DNA of 19,368 bases from Blastocystis sp. Blastoise (taxonomy: Eukaryota; Protista; Bigyra: Opalinata): contig JBBPEB010000010.1 of the NCBI GenBank assembly GCA_039096225.1, positions 1 through 19,368 of the forward strand, written 5' to 3'. This document shows, piece after piece, positions 18,209 to 19,368 of the stretch. Each line of letters opens with the position of its first letter. Within the stretch, counting starts at the first letter, position 1. Made by a program: the position numbers and the translations under genes. The notes under the pieces were generated by a model. The model made no database searches, was not told the DNA's origin, and saw only the letters and a list, made by a program, of their open reading frames with translations.

Positions 18209-18320
18209 ACTTATCTTAATTTAATTATATAACTCAAACACATGTCGAACTTGAATTGTTAAAAGATTGAAAATACTATTAGATATTCAGCAATGGAGAA
18301 ACATAGTTTAAAAGATAAGT
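18209..18320 (+). rRNA. rrn5: 5S ribosomal RNA (divergent, AT-rich)
   Basis: 112 nt closed by a 9-bp terminal helix ACTTATCTT/AAGATAAGT; TCAA-ACACATGTCGAAC-TTGA matches helix III/loop C; ACTAT/ATAGT and TTCA-GCAA-TGGA form the helix V/IV arm. Confidence 0.85.
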
Positions 18321-18323
18321 GAA

Positions 18324-18405
18324 GCTCGCTTGGTGGAATTGGTAGACACAGCAGACTTAAAATCTGCCTCTTATGAGATTACAAGTTCAAGTCTTGTAGC
18401 GAGTA
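18324..18405 (+). tRNA. trnL(uaa): tRNA-Leu(UAA)
   Basis: GCTCGCT/AGCGAGT acceptor, GCAGA-CT TAA AA-TCTGC, variable arm CTC-TTAT-GAG. Confidence 0.97.
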
Positions 18406-18409
18406 ATAA

Positions 18410-18483
18410 AAGTCTATAGTTTAAATGGTTAGAACATGCCGCTCATAACGGCAATGTTGTAAGTTCAAGTCTTACTAGACTTA
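18410..18483 (+). tRNA. trnI(cau): tRNA with CAU anticodon, probably lysidine-type tRNA-Ile(CAU)
   Basis: AAGTCTA/TAGACTT acceptor nearly identical to local trnI(gau); anticodon arm TGCCG-CT CAT AA-CGGCA resembles mitochondrial tRNA-Ile(CAU). The tRNA is certain; Ile versus Met is inferred. Confidence 0.8.
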
Positions 18484-18489
18484 ATTAAA

Positions 18490-18562
18490 GGAGAAGTAGT
18501 TTAATGGTTAGAATATTAGCTTGTCACGCTAGCGATTGCGAGTTCAAATCTCGTCTTTTCCG
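18490..18562 (+). tRNA. trnD(guc): tRNA-Asp(GUC)
   Basis: GGAGAAG/CTTTTCC acceptor, G73, TTAGC-TT GTC AC-GCTAG. Confidence 0.97.
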
Positions 18563-18569
18563 TAAATAA

Positions 18570-18935
18570 ATGAAATTATTATATTCTGAATTAGGTCCTA
18601 TATTTATATTTTTAATAATGTGTGTTGTTTTATCTTATTTAGCTTTTGCTTTTTCATATTATTTAGGTAAAAAAGCTGAAGATTCTAATAAATTAATAGC
18701 TTATGAATGTGGTTTTAATCCATTTGATGATGCTAGAGATACTTTTGATGTTCATTTCTATTTAGTAGCTATATTATTTTTAATGTTTGATTTAGAAGTA
18801 ACATTTTTATTTCCTTGGGCTTTATCTTTAAATGTTATATCATATACTGGTTTTTGGTCAATGATGATTTTTATTTTTATATTAACTTTAGGTTTCATTT
18901 TTGAATGGAAAAAAGGTGCTCTTGAATGGGAATAA
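18570..18935 (+). CDS. nad3: NADH dehydrogenase subunit 3
   Basis: AYECGFNPF, FYLVAILFLMFDLE, EWKKGALEW. Confidence 0.99.
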   Translation: MKLLYSELGPIFIFLIMCVVLSYLAFAFSYYLGKKAEDSNKLIAYECGFNPFDDARDTFDVHFYLVAILFLMFDLEVTFLFPWALSLNVISYTGFWSMMIFIFILTLGFIFEWKKGALEWE

Positions 18936-18939
18936 AAAA

Positions 18940-19013
18940 AGCGGAATAGTTTATTTGGTTAGAACAATAGATTCATAATCTATAAGTTGTGGGTTCAAAT
19001 CCCTCTTCCGTTA
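18940..19013 (+). tRNA. trnM(cau): tRNA-Met(CAU), probably elongator
   Basis: AGCGGAA/TTCCGTT acceptor, ATAGA-TT CAT AA-TCTAT; lacks the three G-C pairs of the initiator anticodon stem. Confidence 0.85.
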
Positions 19014-19018
19014 TGTAA

Positions 19019-19092
19019 CGGAGTGTAACGTAGATGGTTGACGTATCTGTCTTGGGCACAGAAGTACACATGTTCGAATCATGTCACTCCGA
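19019..19092 (+). tRNA. trnP(ugg): tRNA-Pro(UGG)
   Basis: CGGAGTG/CACTCCG acceptor, TCTGT-CT TGG GC-ACAGA. Confidence 0.97.
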
Positions 19093-19099
19093 AAATCAA

Positions 19100-19368
19100 A
19101 TGATAAATATATTTTTTAATCTTTTTGCAAGTTTAATATTAATATCAGTATTTATGACTGTTTTTGTAGATAATGCAGTATATGCTATTTTATTCTTAAT
19201 TGCTGCTTTTTTTAATGCTATGAATATTTTATTTTTATTAGAAGTAGATTATTTAGCTTTAACTTTTATATTAATTTACGTAGGTGCTATTACAGTATTA
19301 TTTTTATTCGTAGTTATGATGCTAAAAATTAAAATTGAATCTAAAACTTCTTCTAAATATATACCTTT
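19100..19368 (+). CDS. nad6: NADH dehydrogenase subunit 6, 5' part (runs off the window)
   Basis: Missing from the ORF track. ATG at 19100: MINILFLIFF...NAVYAILFLI...LIYVGAITVLFLFVVMML, the Nad6 signature. Confidence 0.97.
   Translation, partial: MINIFFNLFASLILISVFMTVFVDNAVYAILFLIAAFFNAMNILFLLEVDYLALTFILIYVGAITVLFLFVVMMLKIKIESKTSSKYIP

Noticed and set aside
1-19368. Bacterial endosymbiont or plastid origin; introns, mobile elements, CRISPR
   Set aside because: Scattered nad genes, eroded ribosomal proteins and tRNA punctuation indicate mtDNA; all genes are contiguous and no repeat arrays, maturases or endonuclease ORFs are seen.

Overview
Gene-dense, very AT-rich segment of a protist mitochondrial (or mitochondrion-related organelle) genome using the standard genetic code (TGG=Trp, tRNA-Trp CCA, TAA/TAG stops). 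It carries 9 complex I genes (nad7 partial, nad4L, nad1, nad11, nad2, nad9, nad5, nad3, nad6 partial), 16 ribosomal protein genes in remnants of the bacterial S10/spc/alpha/str operons, 16 tRNAs, a divergent 5S rRNA gene and an unassigned 58-codon ORF. No introns, mobile elements or CRISPR arrays are seen. No cox, cob or atp gene occurs in 19.4 kb; with the gene set and clusters this recalls anaerobic stramenopile organelles (Blastocystis/Proteromonas), but that is an inference the window cannot prove. I see no clearly new multi-gene system. The best leads are the hidden rrn5, orf58, GC-anchored hairpins at start codons, odd tRNAs and divergent quinone-site residues in Nad7/Nad1.
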